From contig CAXHJY010001250.1 in NCBI GenBank assembly GCA_964016885.1, positions 1 through 64,000 of the forward strand: a DNA stretch of 64,000 bases, in the 5' to 3' direction. A program made the position numbers and the translations under genes. Positions within the stretch are counted from its first letter, which is position 1, and the number at the start of each line of letters is the position of its first letter. Positions 39,960 through 51,748 of this stretch are shown piece by piece. The notes under the pieces are model-generated. The model was not told the origin of the DNA, did no database searches, and was given only the letters and a program-made list of their open reading frames with translations. The stretch is from Eledone cirrhosa (Eukaryota).

Positions 39960-42254
39960 GAAGATGAAAGAAATATGAAGACAGACTACACATCTAGAAT
40001 GTATATTTTGTTTAGCCCTTAATGATTTTCGATATTTTTATTTGCATGTGCATATATAGTTGTATATATATACACACACTATATTGTTTGTATATATATT
40101 TCCAGTACATTTATGTATTCACACAAAAGATACGTTCATGTTTTATGTTGTATCTCTTATCAACATACACACTCACACACACACACACACACACATCCTT
40201 TCTCTTCTCGTGTGCATGAACACAACGCATATCTATATCAAGCAATTTTATCAAATATAATCTTGAAATGTTTAAACAACCACAAAAATAACGAAAGAAA
40301 TAAACTAGACACATCTGACCACCCACATCGTCATTACCTCGGAAGAGGATGTGACATCTGCTATAAAGAACACACATGTCCATTAATAGCAGATGTCTTT
40401 CCTACTTCATCTCTGCTTTTCCCTTTCTATCTCTAATTTTTCATTCACTCACTATCTCTTCCACGCCTTCTTCTTTCTCTCTTTCTGCATATTTTCCTTG
40501 TGTCACTCAATCCCTGAATGACACCTAAATATATATATAAATTTATATGTGTGTGTGTGGGTGTGTGTGGTGTGTCTGTGGGTGTGTGTGGTGTGTCTGC
40601 GTGTGTACCTGTGTGTATGAGCGTGCGTGTTTGAGTGTGTGTGACTGTGTATGTGTGTATATATATATATAGTGGCTCCCTTCGAATCACTCCACCTTTC
40701 TTCGTTCTACTAATTCCTTCGGTCCTATTTTACTCAACACAAATAACAGGCGACAAAGATTATATATAATATTGGGATAAAATGCCAATGTTTTATGCTG
40801 TGTTAATCAAATGGGGTAATTTTTTGAGATTGTAAACATTGTGTCTGAACAAACACTGACTGATAATACTTTGATTCTCTAGGGAAGAATCATGTTTATT
40901 TTGTTGCGATATTTATCCGTTTTTTCCCTCGATATGCTGAAAGAAATTTATGCTTAAAGAAATGTATAACTTTTATAGTGGCGTTTGGCCTGACGTTTGC
41001 AAACAACGTGGGAGCAGGAATGGCGTTGCCGCTACGATATCTCGTCTTTAGGCAATTAAATTCGGTAGCTTCTTGTTGAAGCCACGTTATTTGAATTGAT
41101 ATGTAAATACATACATGTATATGTGCCTCTGTATATATAAATATATATGTTAATAAAAGATCGGAGACCATATTCAGTTGATTCAGTTTTATTTAAAACT
41201 CCGTTATACATATTTCACTGAGGAGTATCAATTATGATAGCTTGAGCTCTTTTGACGGCAAAACCTAAAATAAATATTAAAGTTCCCAATAAATTTTAAA
41301 GTTTGGAAAAATCTAATAACTTCGCGGAAAAAAATATTTTCTTCTCATGTTACAGGGAGGCCAGCCGAACGTCTGGTGTTGTTTCTTCGACGGCCGGCCC
41401 CTGTATGACCTCAAGTGTTTTGGGGGAAGTGCTGGTCAGACTAGGAAGTAACGAAAACGGTTGGTAGCCCTTCTCCCTCCCCTCTCTATCACTAACTGTT
41501 GTGGTGGTAGTGACAGCGGCTGCTATAACAGTAGTAACAACCAACCCCTCTCAGCCACCTATTGTCTACAGGTCTCCAACAACTGTGAATATTATATCTG
41601 ATACCAAAATTAACTATATAAGAATTAGATTAAAATGCAATAAATAAACTAATTAATTAATTAATTAATTATGAACAAGAGGAATGTTTATATTGAATAT
41701 ATGTATGTGTGTGTGTGTACTTCGATATATAGCCTACACACACACATACACACATATGTATATATATATAAGTTATGTCTGGACTTAAGCTGCTGTTGTC
41801 CTTCTTGGAAAAATGCATCAAAGATATTCTAAAACGTATTTGTTATACTTGTTTAATCGTTAGTTTATCCAATCTTTGAAATCGGTGGTCTTGCCTTCGC
41901 TAAATGAAATCGTGCCGCTGAAAAACATTTAACGTGAAGTGTGGTACTTACATTTTGTAAACCCATATCGTTTCCACATCATACTTGTCTTTATATCTCT
42001 AGCAATGTCAGAATATACATCAACACGCACACTTACATAGAAACATACACAGACATACATTTAGACGAAATAACAATAGAAGGACATCGAATAGGAAAAT
42101 TACATGCATTGGAACAATTTAGAAAAAAGGCTGATTATGCCATATAAGTAATGAATTAATTTCCATGCTAAGAGTCAAAGTTAATGTCCATGCTTAAGTG
42201 AAAAGGAATCAACTGATCACTTGAACCCACATATACACAAATATATATATATAG

Positions 42255-43173
42255 AGAGAAAATTGAGGTTGGTAATGGCACATGGAATATATAAGAGACA
42301 GAATACTTTTTTGTGAAAAAACATAATTTGATAAGGTAAGGAAATAATAAAGGGTATAAAAAATGACCGGTTTCGATGGGTCTGCAAAAGCCATCTTTTC
42401 AAATGTTGATTAATATTAAGAAAAATTAATAATACGAAGAGTTAAAATTTGAGATTTGAAAATTCAAGTATAAAATTCATTGTGGGATTTCATAGCAGTT
42501 TTCATCTAGGTAGCAACAACAGGTTGACTGCTGTGTCCCTTTCTGGTAGTGAATGAGAAGTTATTTGGGGTGTGGGTTATTTTATAAAGGTCAGATTTAG
42601 CAATCGCCAACTGGCCAGCTGCTGGTCAGTGACGGGGTGGAAGCAATATACATACACATATCTTCCTGTGGTGGGTAGGAAAGTGGAGCGTGATAGAAAG
42701 GGATTTAGTCCACTTTCCTACCCACCACAGGAAGATATGTGTATGTATATTGCTTCCACCCCCTCACTGACCAGCAGCTGGCCAGTTGGCGATTGCTAAA
42801 TCTGACCTTTATAAAATAACCCACACCCCAAATAACTTCTCATTCACTACCAGAAAGGGACACAGCAGTCAACCTGTTGTTGCTACCTAGATGAAAACTT
42901 CTATGAAATCCCACAATGAATTTTATACTTGAATTTTCAAATCTCAAATTTTAACTCTTCGTATTATTAATTTTTCTTAATATTAATCAACATTTGAAAA
43001 GATGGCTTTTGCAGACCCATCGAAACCGGTCATTTTTTGATACCCTTTATTATTTCCTTACCTTATAAAATTATGTTTTTTCACAAAAAAGTATTCTGTC
43101 TCTTATATATTCCATGTGCCATTACCAACCTCAATTTTCTCTATAACCTTCGTTTTGTGTAGAAAATTACACT

Positions 43174-43178
<5 letters not shown>
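42255..43178. mobile_element. Fold-back element: ~433 bp arms (42255-42687 / 42709-43142), 21 nt loop, ~35 bp right extension, in (TA)n
   Basis: Near-perfect palindrome with only a few mismatches. (TA)n on both sides. Confidence 0.9.
42986..43041 (+). ncRNA. Minimal hammerhead motif, U3-A8 core variant (mirror copy ~42355-42410, minus strand)
   Basis: TTGAAAA(42994-43000)-gatgg...ccatc-GAAA-ccgg-TC(43030-43031). Palindromic accggt, GUC triplet, interrupted stem I. Confidence 0.7.
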
Positions 43179-43222
<44 letters not shown>

Positions 43223-43225
<3 letters not shown>

Positions 43226-43327
43226 ATAATAATAAATTTGAAGACTAAAATCCAAAGAGGGCTCGATAAGGATAAATATATATCAAATATATAAGAACTG
43301 TAGAGCAATAATCTGTTATTTTAATAA

Positions 43328-43330
<3 letters not shown>
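43223..43330. mobile_element. Sibling of the 4692-5010 element lacking the hairpin
   Basis: gaagac.aaaatccaaag.gggct.gataagg.taaatatatatcaaatatataagaac.gtagagcaa joined directly to taatctgttatttttaataaata. Confidence 0.8.
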
Positions 43331-43367
<37 letters not shown>

Positions 43368-43517
43368 ATACACACAGATATCCACGGTAAGTTGTGGGGT
43401 CTAGTTTGCATGAAGAACTCAATGAAATACATATGTTGAAAATATTATAGGTTAAAATAAATCCCAGCAAACAATAAAACATTAAAAGGAAAACGGAATC
43501 ATTATATAAGTAAAAAC

Positions 43518-43792
43518 AATGAAATAAAAATTCAAGTCATTAGTAATATACTTCACTGCTTTACGATCATTTCTAGGTGATGATAATATAAGTAAATTAT
43601 TTAGTTACATGCATATCACCAGCTTTTGCCAACAGCTGGCGATATCTATGTAAGTAAATATTTTCCTTATCTGATATTTTGTAACTAACCTTACATAGAT
43701 CGATAACGAAGTACGGTTATGATGTATTATCATCACCTAGAAACGATCGTAAAGCAGTGAAGTATATTTCTAATGACTCGAATTTTTATTTC

Positions 43793-43795
<3 letters not shown>
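43518..43795. repeat. Fold-back element (arms 43518-43588 / 43725-43795) next to (TA)n
   Basis: Reverse-complement arms. The right arm contains GAAA-cgatcg-TA. Confidence 0.8.
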
Positions 43796-43837
<42 letters not shown>

Positions 43838-44124
43838 CATTGATACAAACTTTATCCCCAAACCTCGTTTATTCATCGAAAACGGACTTAAATAACATTA
43901 TCATTCAGCACACAATCAAATCATTGCATCATTAAATTATACGAACGACCAGTAAAGTCATTCTTATCTTATTTTGAAATATCTTACTGTACCAGATTTT
44001 CTTAATTTTCCACTGTATATGACTTGCAATATAAATGACTTCTACATGGAGAGAGCTGTTTCATTCGTTTCATTACAAACGATTGAAACAATTTTCATTT
44101 TAGAGAAGTTATTTTTATTTGAAA

Positions 44125-44551
44125 CTAGACCACCCGTTACCCGTTGGGTAACGTTCACTTCAAAATATTTTAACAAAATCATGTTCACATAAAAATAATC
44201 ATTAAATAATTAAAATATACAAACACATGTATATAACGTGAAATTTAAAATGAAGGCCCATATATATACGTATAGGTGTGTGTATGTATATATATAAATA
44301 TATAAATAAACATGTGTATGTATGTGTGTGTGGGTGTGTATGTGTGTGTGAGTCTGTGGTACATCAGCTTATAAATGTACCCGGTAAAACCCCATATCTG
44401 GGAAGCCCGATTTCCGCGAAACTTGTTTTATTATATTTGTATTCCCAATTCGGGGTGAGCCTCCTTTCAAAGTATTTTCCCATTGTGCGCCCTTTTGGCT
44501 GTATTACATTACAGACAAGCAAGCAAGCAATAACTTTTAATATTATATAGA
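44125..44551 (-). mobile_element. Non-autonomous Helitron
   Basis: Minus strand starts A|TCTATATAATA and ends with hairpin cgttaccc-aac-gggtaacg, then gggtggtCTAG|T. A-T insertion site, no TSD. Confidence 0.75.
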
Positions 44552-44623
44552 TAAATATGTATCATCGCTATTTATACATATTTAAACTGTTGCTCCGTTT
44601 ATTTTCGAACAACCTTTTCTCAA

Positions 44624-44682
<59 letters not shown>

Positions 44683-44706
44683 TTATTATTATTATTATTG
44701 TTATTA

Positions 44707-45372
44707 CTTTTTGAGTCTCAGTCATTGATGTTAGTTAACTGGAAAGTTTGTTGAAATGAATATCAAGCCACTACCTGCAGCCTCAGATATTCAGGACGTA
44801 TCGGAGGGTTATTGCTGTTCCCAGCAAGCATGGCTTTTGAAGCGTTCCAAAAAGTGTGAAGGGGCCAATTTTCTTTAACCATCCCTGGAAACTTTTTGAG
44901 ATAGTCCCTAGTGCGCCTATGACAATCGAGATCACTTTGACTTCATGGCAGTTCCAAATCCTTTTTACCTCCCACTTTAAGTCCTGGTATCGGTTAATTT
45001 TCTCCCTCTCCTTCTCTTGCACTCTCGTGTCGAATGGGCAGGCCACATCCACAATCAGGCACGATCTTTTTTCTTTGTCCAAAACCACCAGGTCAGGTCT
45101 ATTGTGTTCCAGTTTCTTGTCCATCTGTATCCTAAAATCCCACAGCACCTTCACCTGATCGTTTTCTATCATCGCCTCTGGCTTATGCTCATACCACTTC
45201 TCAGAATGTGGAAAATTGTTTACTTTGCATAGGTGCCAGTGGATCACCGTGCCCATCACATCATATCTCCAGCCCTTATAGTGAGTCTGGGCTAGGTGTT
45301 TACACTCGGATACAATGTGAGCCACAGTCTCCTCGCTCCACAGATCCTGCACAGTGGGCTAGCCTCCTCCTT
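44707..45372 (-). mobile_element. R4/Dong-like RLE LINE, 5'-truncated (subfamily 2)
   Basis: ETVAHIVSEC...LWDFRIQMDKKLEHNRPDLVVLD...VDVACPFD...KINRYQDL, followed by a (TAA)n tail. Confidence 0.9.
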
Positions 45373-45392
45373 GAAAATTATTATTATTATTA

Positions 45393-46058
45393 TTTGCATT
45401 TATCTTGCTTTATGTTCATACGAGTTATCACCAAGTCACAACCAGTGACCTCAAGAGACAACAAGGTCCGCCATGTTCAAGAAAGAACACACATATTCAC
45501 ACATGCATCCTTAGTGTTTAGACTTGTGATGTACTTATATTGACAGGATCTTCATTAGTATATGGGCAGTTCCCATCAGTACTATCTTTTGTATATCTCC
45601 TATACGCGGGTTTCCTGGGATTTGCGATAAGTAGTCGTTAGACCCCTTAGGTATCATTCCCAGAGCGCCTACAACCACTGGTATTGTTTTAGTTCTCAAT
45701 TTCCACATTTTTCCAATTTCTATCTCCAGGTCCTTATACTTGCTCAATTTTTCAAATGTTTTTATAGATACATTCTTGTCTATTGGAACAGACATATCAA
45801 TTAGCAGGCATACCCTCCTTTGAAAGTCCTTCAATATTATATCAGGTTATTTGCATCTATTTTTCGGTCTGTTTGGATGCTAAAGTTCCACAAGATTGAG
45901 ATGTGATCTTTTTCAAGTATGGGAGGTGGTTGATGCTCCCACCAATTCTTTTGATGGGGCAGGTCAAAATGCTTACACATTATCCAATGTATGTATTGTG
46001 CAGCTCTGTCATGCCTGTTTAGGTATTCGGTTGGAGCTATAGGACTGCACATTGAAAT
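45393..46058 (-). mobile_element. R4/Dong-like RLE LINE, 5'-truncated, frameshifted (subfamily 1)
   Basis: Nearly identical to the 3' 660 bp of the 46101-49290 copy, including the 3' UTR. Confidence 0.9.
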
Positions 46059-46065
46059 TATATTA

Positions 46066-46100
<35 letters not shown>

Positions 46101-46102
<2 letters not shown>

Positions 46103-49100
46103 TGCATTTATCTTGCTTTATGTTTATACGAGTTATCACCAAGTCACAACCAGTGACCTCAAGAGACAACAAGGTCCGCCATGTTCAAGAAAGAACACAC
46201 ATATTCACACATGCATCCTTAGTGTTTAGACTTGTGATGTACTTATATTGACAGGATCTTCCTTAGTATATGGGCAGTTCCCATTAGTACTATCTTTTGT
46301 ATTTCTCCTATACGCGGGTTTCCTGGGATTTGCGATAAGTAGTCGTTAGACCCCTTAGGTATCATTCCCAGAGCGCCTACAACCACTGGTATTGTTTTAG
46401 TTCTCAATTTCCACATTTTTCCAATTTCTATCTCCAGGTCCTTATACTTGCTCAATTTTTCAAATGTTTTTATAGATACATTCTTGTCTATTGGATCAGA
46501 CATATCAATTAGCAGGCATACCCTCCTTTGAAAGTCCTTCAATATTATATCAGGTCTATTTGCATCTATTTTTCGGTCTGTTTGGATGCTAAAGTTCCAC
46601 AAGATTGAGATGTGATCTTTTTCAAGTATGGGAGGTGGTTGATGCTCCCACCAATTCTTTTGATGGGGCAGGTCAAAATGCTTACACATTATCCAATGTA
46701 TGTATTGTGCAGCTCTGTCATGCCTGTTTAGGTATTCGGTTGGAGCTATAGGACTGCACATTGAAATTATATGGTCAATGGTCTCTGGTTGTTTTTTGCA
46801 TACACGGCATAATGGGCTGCACCCATTTTTTATTATGTTGGCTTGGTAATTTTTTGTTGGCAGACACTGACCTTGTGCGGATATAATCAGTCCTTCAGTC
46901 TCCGATTTCAGTCCAGAGGATGCCAACCACTGATGGGTTAAAGTTTTGTCAACATCAGGATTGTTAGCTCGCTCTGGGTATTTTCCATACAGAGGCTTTT
47001 CTTGCCATTTCTTAGCCAGTTTCTGTAGCAGTTCTTTCTTTGCAGTTACTTTTACCTGCTTTGCTTTTTCTGTGTTTTCCATTTCAGCAGTAAATGGGAC
47101 TTCTGAAATGTGTAGTCCATTACTGTATCTTTGTGCATCTTTTGTAATGGAATATGATCTTTTGGTGCTTTCGTGTTTCAAAACGAGTTTGATCATCCAA
47201 TCATGTGATTCCCTTAGATATGTGGATAATCCAATTGTTGCAGTTTTCAACGCAATGTCTAACTGGATTAACCCACGTCCTCCTTCTTTCCTAGGGAGAT
47301 ATATTCTATCTATGTCTGCCTTAGGGTGATGCATTCTGTGCATGGTTAAGAATTTTCGGATTTTTGTATCGAGCCTACGGATCTCTGTGCTTGACCAGTT
47401 GATGACATTGTAACTGTAGGTTACTACTGGTATGGCAAGCGTGTTTATGGCATCGATCCTATTCCTTGCATTCAATTCCGTTCTTAAGATTGCTCTGACT
47501 CTGCGGTAACATTCCTTCCTTATCCTTTCCCTCATTGTCGAGTGCTTGATTCCGTCTCCTTTACAAACACCTAGATATTTGTAAGTTTGTTCTTGATCAA
47601 GCTCTCTTATCACGTTCCCCCGATCAAGATTAATGTCTGAACTCTTCAGCAGCTTTCCTCTGGTGAACGTTGCTTTGGCGCATTTATCCAGTCCAAACTC
47701 CATTTTAATGTCATCACTGAACTGCTTCACAGTGGATAATAGCCCTTGCAATTGTTCATCATTTTTTGCGAATAGTTTCAGGTCATCCATGTAGAACAGG
47801 TGATTAATGGTTTTGTCATAGACTCTATATCCATGTTTTCTTTCATTGAGCATTTTACTTAATGGTATAAGTGCGATGCAGAATAAAAGCGGTGATAAAG
47901 AGTCACCCTGAAAAATTCCACAATTAATGTTAACTTCTCCAGCTTCCAGTGATTTTGTTTCACTATTCAAAAGGAGTGTCGTTCTCCATGTCCTCATACT
48001 GAATGACAAAAACCTCCTGAACACGGGGGATATTTTGAAAATCTCTAAACATTTTTCATTCCAACTGTGTGGCAAACTATCAAATGCTTTTTTATAATCT
48101 ATCCAAGCAATCGATAGATTTTTGTGTCTATTATGACAATCTTCCAGTATCATTTTGTTAACCAGAAGCTGATCCTTACAGCCATATGAGCCTCGTTTAC
48201 ACCCTTTCTGCTCAATGGGAAATAGGTCATTTGTTATCAGGTGGTCATATGTGTATTCAGTTAGGACTGATGTTAAAATTTTATACATTGTGGTCAAGCA
48301 GGTTATCGGTCTGTAATTTTTGGGATTGTTTGTCTCATCATTCTTCGATAGCAGGAATGTAATGCCGTTAACTAGCCATGATGGTATCTTTTCTGGCTCC
48401 TTAACTATTTCACTGTAAAGTTGGGCTAACAGCTCATGAGACTCTGTGAAGGCATTTATCCAAAAGTTTTGTATTTTGTCTTTTCCTGGGGATTTCCATT
48501 TGCTGGTTTTTCTTAGAGCCAAGCGCAGCTGTTCAACTGTTATATTTTCCCATGTTTGTTCTTCAAGGTGAGCTGTTTCTTTCATTTGTCTGTCTATCCA
48601 TGGGGCATGTTTGTTATGAACTTTTTCTTCGGCCCAGATCTTTTCCCAGAATTCTTGCACTTCCTCCTTGGGTGGTATTGATTTAGCAGTTATTGTTGAC
48701 TTACCAATTTTTCTGTAGAAGTTTCTTTGGTTGTTTTTGAACATATTATTGTCCTTATAGAATCTAGATCGTTTTTCAAAGCGCCTTATACGAGCAGCTT
48801 TGGCCGACACTTTTTGCTTGATTGTTTCTATCAGCATGTCTATGTCACATGTTGATCTTATACTGTACTTTTTTTTCAATTTTCTAAGTTTAGTTTGTTT
48901 AACATGTTCACCTACTTTATAGTTTGTTAAAATTTCTATGTCAGATCGGAGAAGGTTTATTTGGCGATTGATGTTATCTTGCCAAGTAGATTTCTTGTGG
49001 GAATTCCTTTGTTTTTTCATCTTCACTCCACATAAGTGAGTGGTAACTTTAGCCGATGCATAATAGAGATGATTTAAGTCAGTAATGTTTATTTTGTTTG

Positions 49101-49288
49101 TGATGATAATGTTTTTGAGAATTATGTTAGTCTTGTGTATTATCTTTTGGTTCTGTTTGGAGTTCTGGATCTTAGGGAGGGTGTCTCGTTCCCCCATGTC
49201 AGATTCTTTCATTTTCATCCATTCGATCATAATTTCATCCTTCAAGTTGGCAAGTTCATTCTCATTCATTTCTTTATCATTTACGATA

Positions 49289-49290
<2 letters not shown>
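46101..49290 (-). mobile_element. R4/Dong-like non-LTR retrotransposon in (TAA)n, probably 5'-truncated
   Basis: Single long ORF plus 142 bp 3' UTR, with (TAA)n at both junctions. Confidence 0.92.
46243..49269 (-). CDS. Reverse transcriptase + CCHC zinc finger + restriction-like (PD..D/E.K) endonuclease
   Basis: KSPGKD, NYRPITCL, IDYKKAFDS, IFQGDSLSPLLF, YMDDLK, CRVC..ETIDHIISMC, RHD, NRPDII..LIDMS..K..KYKDL. 1008 aa without a stop. Confidence 0.92.
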   Translation of the reverse strand: MNENELANLKDEIMIEWMKMKESDMGERDTLPKIQNSKQNQKIIHKTNIILKNIIITNKINITDLNHLYYASAKVTTHLCGVKMKKQRNSHKKSTWQDNINRQINLLRSDIEILTNYKVGEHVKQTKLRKLKKKYSIRSTCDIDMLIETIKQKVSAKAARIRRFEKRSRFYKDNNMFKNNQRNFYRKIGKSTITAKSIPPKEEVQEFWEKIWAEEKVHNKHAPWIDRQMKETAHLEEQTWENITVEQLRLALRKTSKWKSPGKDKIQNFWINAFTESHELLAQLYSEIVKEPEKIPSWLVNGITFLLSKNDETNNPKNYRPITCLTTMYKILTSVLTEYTYDHLITNDLFPIEQKGCKRGSYGCKDQLLVNKMILEDCHNRHKNLSIAWIDYKKAFDSLPHSWNEKCLEIFKISPVFRRFLSFSMRTWRTTLLLNSETKSLEAGEVNINCGIFQGDSLSPLLFCIALIPLSKMLNERKHGYRVYDKTINHLFYMDDLKLFAKNDEQLQGLLSTVKQFSDDIKMEFGLDKCAKATFTRGKLLKSSDINLDRGNVIRELDQEQTYKYLGVCKGDGIKHSTMRERIRKECYRRVRAILRTELNARNRIDAINTLAIPVVTYSYNVINWSSTEIRRLDTKIRKFLTMHRMHHPKADIDRIYLPRKEGGRGLIQLDIALKTATIGLSTYLRESHDWMIKLVLKHESTKRSYSITKDAQRYSNGLHISEVPFTAEMENTEKAKQVKVTAKKELLQKLAKKWQEKPLYGKYPERANNPDVDKTLTHQWLASSGLKSETEGLIISAQGQCLPTKNYQANIIKNGCSPLCRVCKKQPETIDHIISMCSPIAPTEYLNRHDRAAQYIHWIMCKHFDLPHQKNWWEHQPPPILEKDHISILWNFSIQTDRKIDANRPDIILKDFQRRVCLLIDMSDPIDKNVSIKTFEKLSKYKDLEIEIGKMWKLRTKTIPVVVGALGMIPKGSNDYLSQIPGNPRIGEIQKIVLMGTAHILRKILSI

Positions 49291-49386
<96 letters not shown>

Positions 49387-49752
49387 TTTCTTTGAGTCTC
49401 AATCATTGATGTTGTTTAACTGGAAAGTTTGTTTCAATAAATATGAAGTCACTAACTGCATCCCCAGATATTCAGGACGTATCGGAGGGTTCTTGCTGTT
49501 CCCAGCAAGCATGCCTTTTAAAGTTTTTCAAAAAGCGGGGCGGGACCAATTTTCTTTAACCATCCCTGGAAACTCTTTGAGATAGTACCTAGTGCGCCTA
49601 TGACAATCGGGACCACTTTGACTTCATGGCAGTTCCAAATCCTTTTTACCTCCCACTTTAAGTCCTGGTATCGGTTAATTTTCTCCCTCTCCTTCTCTTG
49701 CACTCTCGTGTCGAATGGGAAGGCCACATCCACAATCAGGCACGATCTTTTT
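49387..49752 (-). mobile_element. R4/Dong-like RLE LINE 3' fragment (subfamily 2)
   Basis: Highly similar to 44707-45070, with (TAA)n at both sides. Confidence 0.9.
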
Positions 49753-50146
49753 TTTATTATTATTATTATTATTGTTATTATTATTATTATATTTGTGTGC
49801 GTGTATACAAAGAAAAGCATATAGATATATGTATAGATAAATATACCGATATATATATATATAGACAGATATTCAGGAACACTAACTACTATTGGCGGCA
49901 ATTTACATACATATTAAAATCTATTCAAATGAATGACTTATACGAATGAATGGTAGGAAATTCAACTGAGTTTAATGCTATGACAATAGATGAATTGAAA
50001 TTGAAGGGACGGGAGGTTCGTAGATGTATGTATAACTGGCCATTCCAATCCTAAATATACATCGTTACGAATTTATTTAAATAATCACTGTTATAAGTTT
50101 ACAATATTTATCTCTATTTCTCTATATATCTTTCTCTCTCTCTCTC

Positions 50147-50183
<37 letters not shown>

Positions 50184-51570
50184 TTATTTCTCCTCCCTCC
50201 TCTATCTCTCACCCACTTCTTCTTTCTATTCCCCTATCATAGTGCCACCAGATTTTCAGATCCCCGCCCCCAGTCTTCTTTGCTCTCACTCTCTTATATT
50301 GTCTGTTTCTCTTCTCTCTCCTCCTCTCTCTTCATTTCTCCCCCATCATTTTCTCTCCCTCTCCACCTCCTCTCTCTCTCTCTCTGAGCAACAGCAGAGC
50401 GCCCATGAGAGGGTTTATTAGTAATATCTGAAAAGTGAGAAAGAGGTTTAGAGAAAAAAAGACGAAAGTAAGAGAAATAAATTATGTTAAAAGTTACATT
50501 CAGAAAAACAATATGTCTACCTGCAAACATATGGTGCCATTATTTTATTGGATAGTTTCGTTTTTCTAATTCTCAGAAATCGTATTCATCAATAATGTTG
50601 AATAGAAGTACAATTTCCGAGGATTCGGAAGCTGAAGCTAAAGTTTGTAGATGGACGTATTTAATTGTAAACCAAAACCGCCAATACTGAATGGAAATTA
50701 TAATCTGTCTCTGCCTCTCTCTCTCTCTCTCTCCCTCTCTCTCACTCACTCCCTCTCTCTCCCTCTCTCTCACTCACTCCCCCTCTCTCCATCTCTCTCT
50801 CCCCCTACCTCTCTCTCTCACTCACGCACTCACACTCTCTTTCTCTCTCTCATGCCCACACTTCCTGTGTTTCCCACATTTTAAATTTTTCTCTCCCTCC
50901 ATCACTCTCGTTATATATGTATTTTTCTGTCTTTCTTTTTAACCTCATATTTGTTTTTATTGTTCTTTTGTCCTAGTAAACCTATGGTCAATGGCCTTAC
51001 AGTTGAGAACCTTACATCGTTTAAGTATGTCTTGAATTACATTATCTATTGTATCCTTCATTCTTTGAGAGGGTACACCATTCTTCGAGTGAGTTCGGCT
51101 GCTATTTCCAGCATGTTAACATCATAAAGAAGCTCCCTTATGTGTGTTTATGGCTATCCATCTCTGTATGGGTTGTTAAATGTTAATTAGCTAATTTCAA
51201 TAGCAAAGATATGCAATTCTTATCAGCAAAATAGCATTACTATAAACGAGAAATGTTTGAAGACAAACAAGTGATTATTACATTCGAAATATGAGAGGTA
51301 CGTATGACAGCTAGCTTAATTCGTTGCATAATTGGAAGACATATAGGAAGCAATATTAAACTAAATCGTTAATGGATGAAAATTAACAGCAATATTTTCT
51401 TTACGTATGAGGTCAATGATATATTTGATGAGTTAACACTGCGAACTGATTGCGGTACATATATGATTATATTTAACACCGATAACTTAGATATCTAAAT
51501 ATGTGTCCAGTGTTAGAATATACTTTGCGCAAACACGCATCTCACAGATACACATGCACTAACTATTATA

Positions 51571-51748
51571 CCGGTAAAATTCCGTTATAACGAATACCAT
51601 TATAATGAATTTTTCAGTATAATAACATTTTTTTTAATCCCTTTTTTCAAACGCTTCGTTTGTTTCGGTCGATCTCGTTGTAAATAATTTTTCGTTACAA
51701 CGGATTTTCCTTATACCCCGTGCATTTCGTTATAACGGAATTTCACAG
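51571..51748. mobile_element. pogo/Tigger-like MITE
   Basis: TA-ccggtaaaattccgttataacgaa ... ttcgttataacggaatttcacag-TA. Confidence 0.7.

Noticed and set aside
49270-49401. Extension of the R4 ORF through (AAT)n as poly-Asn
   Set aside because: The tract is the tail or target of the neighbouring copy, and the frame hits TGA at ~49400 without a start codon.
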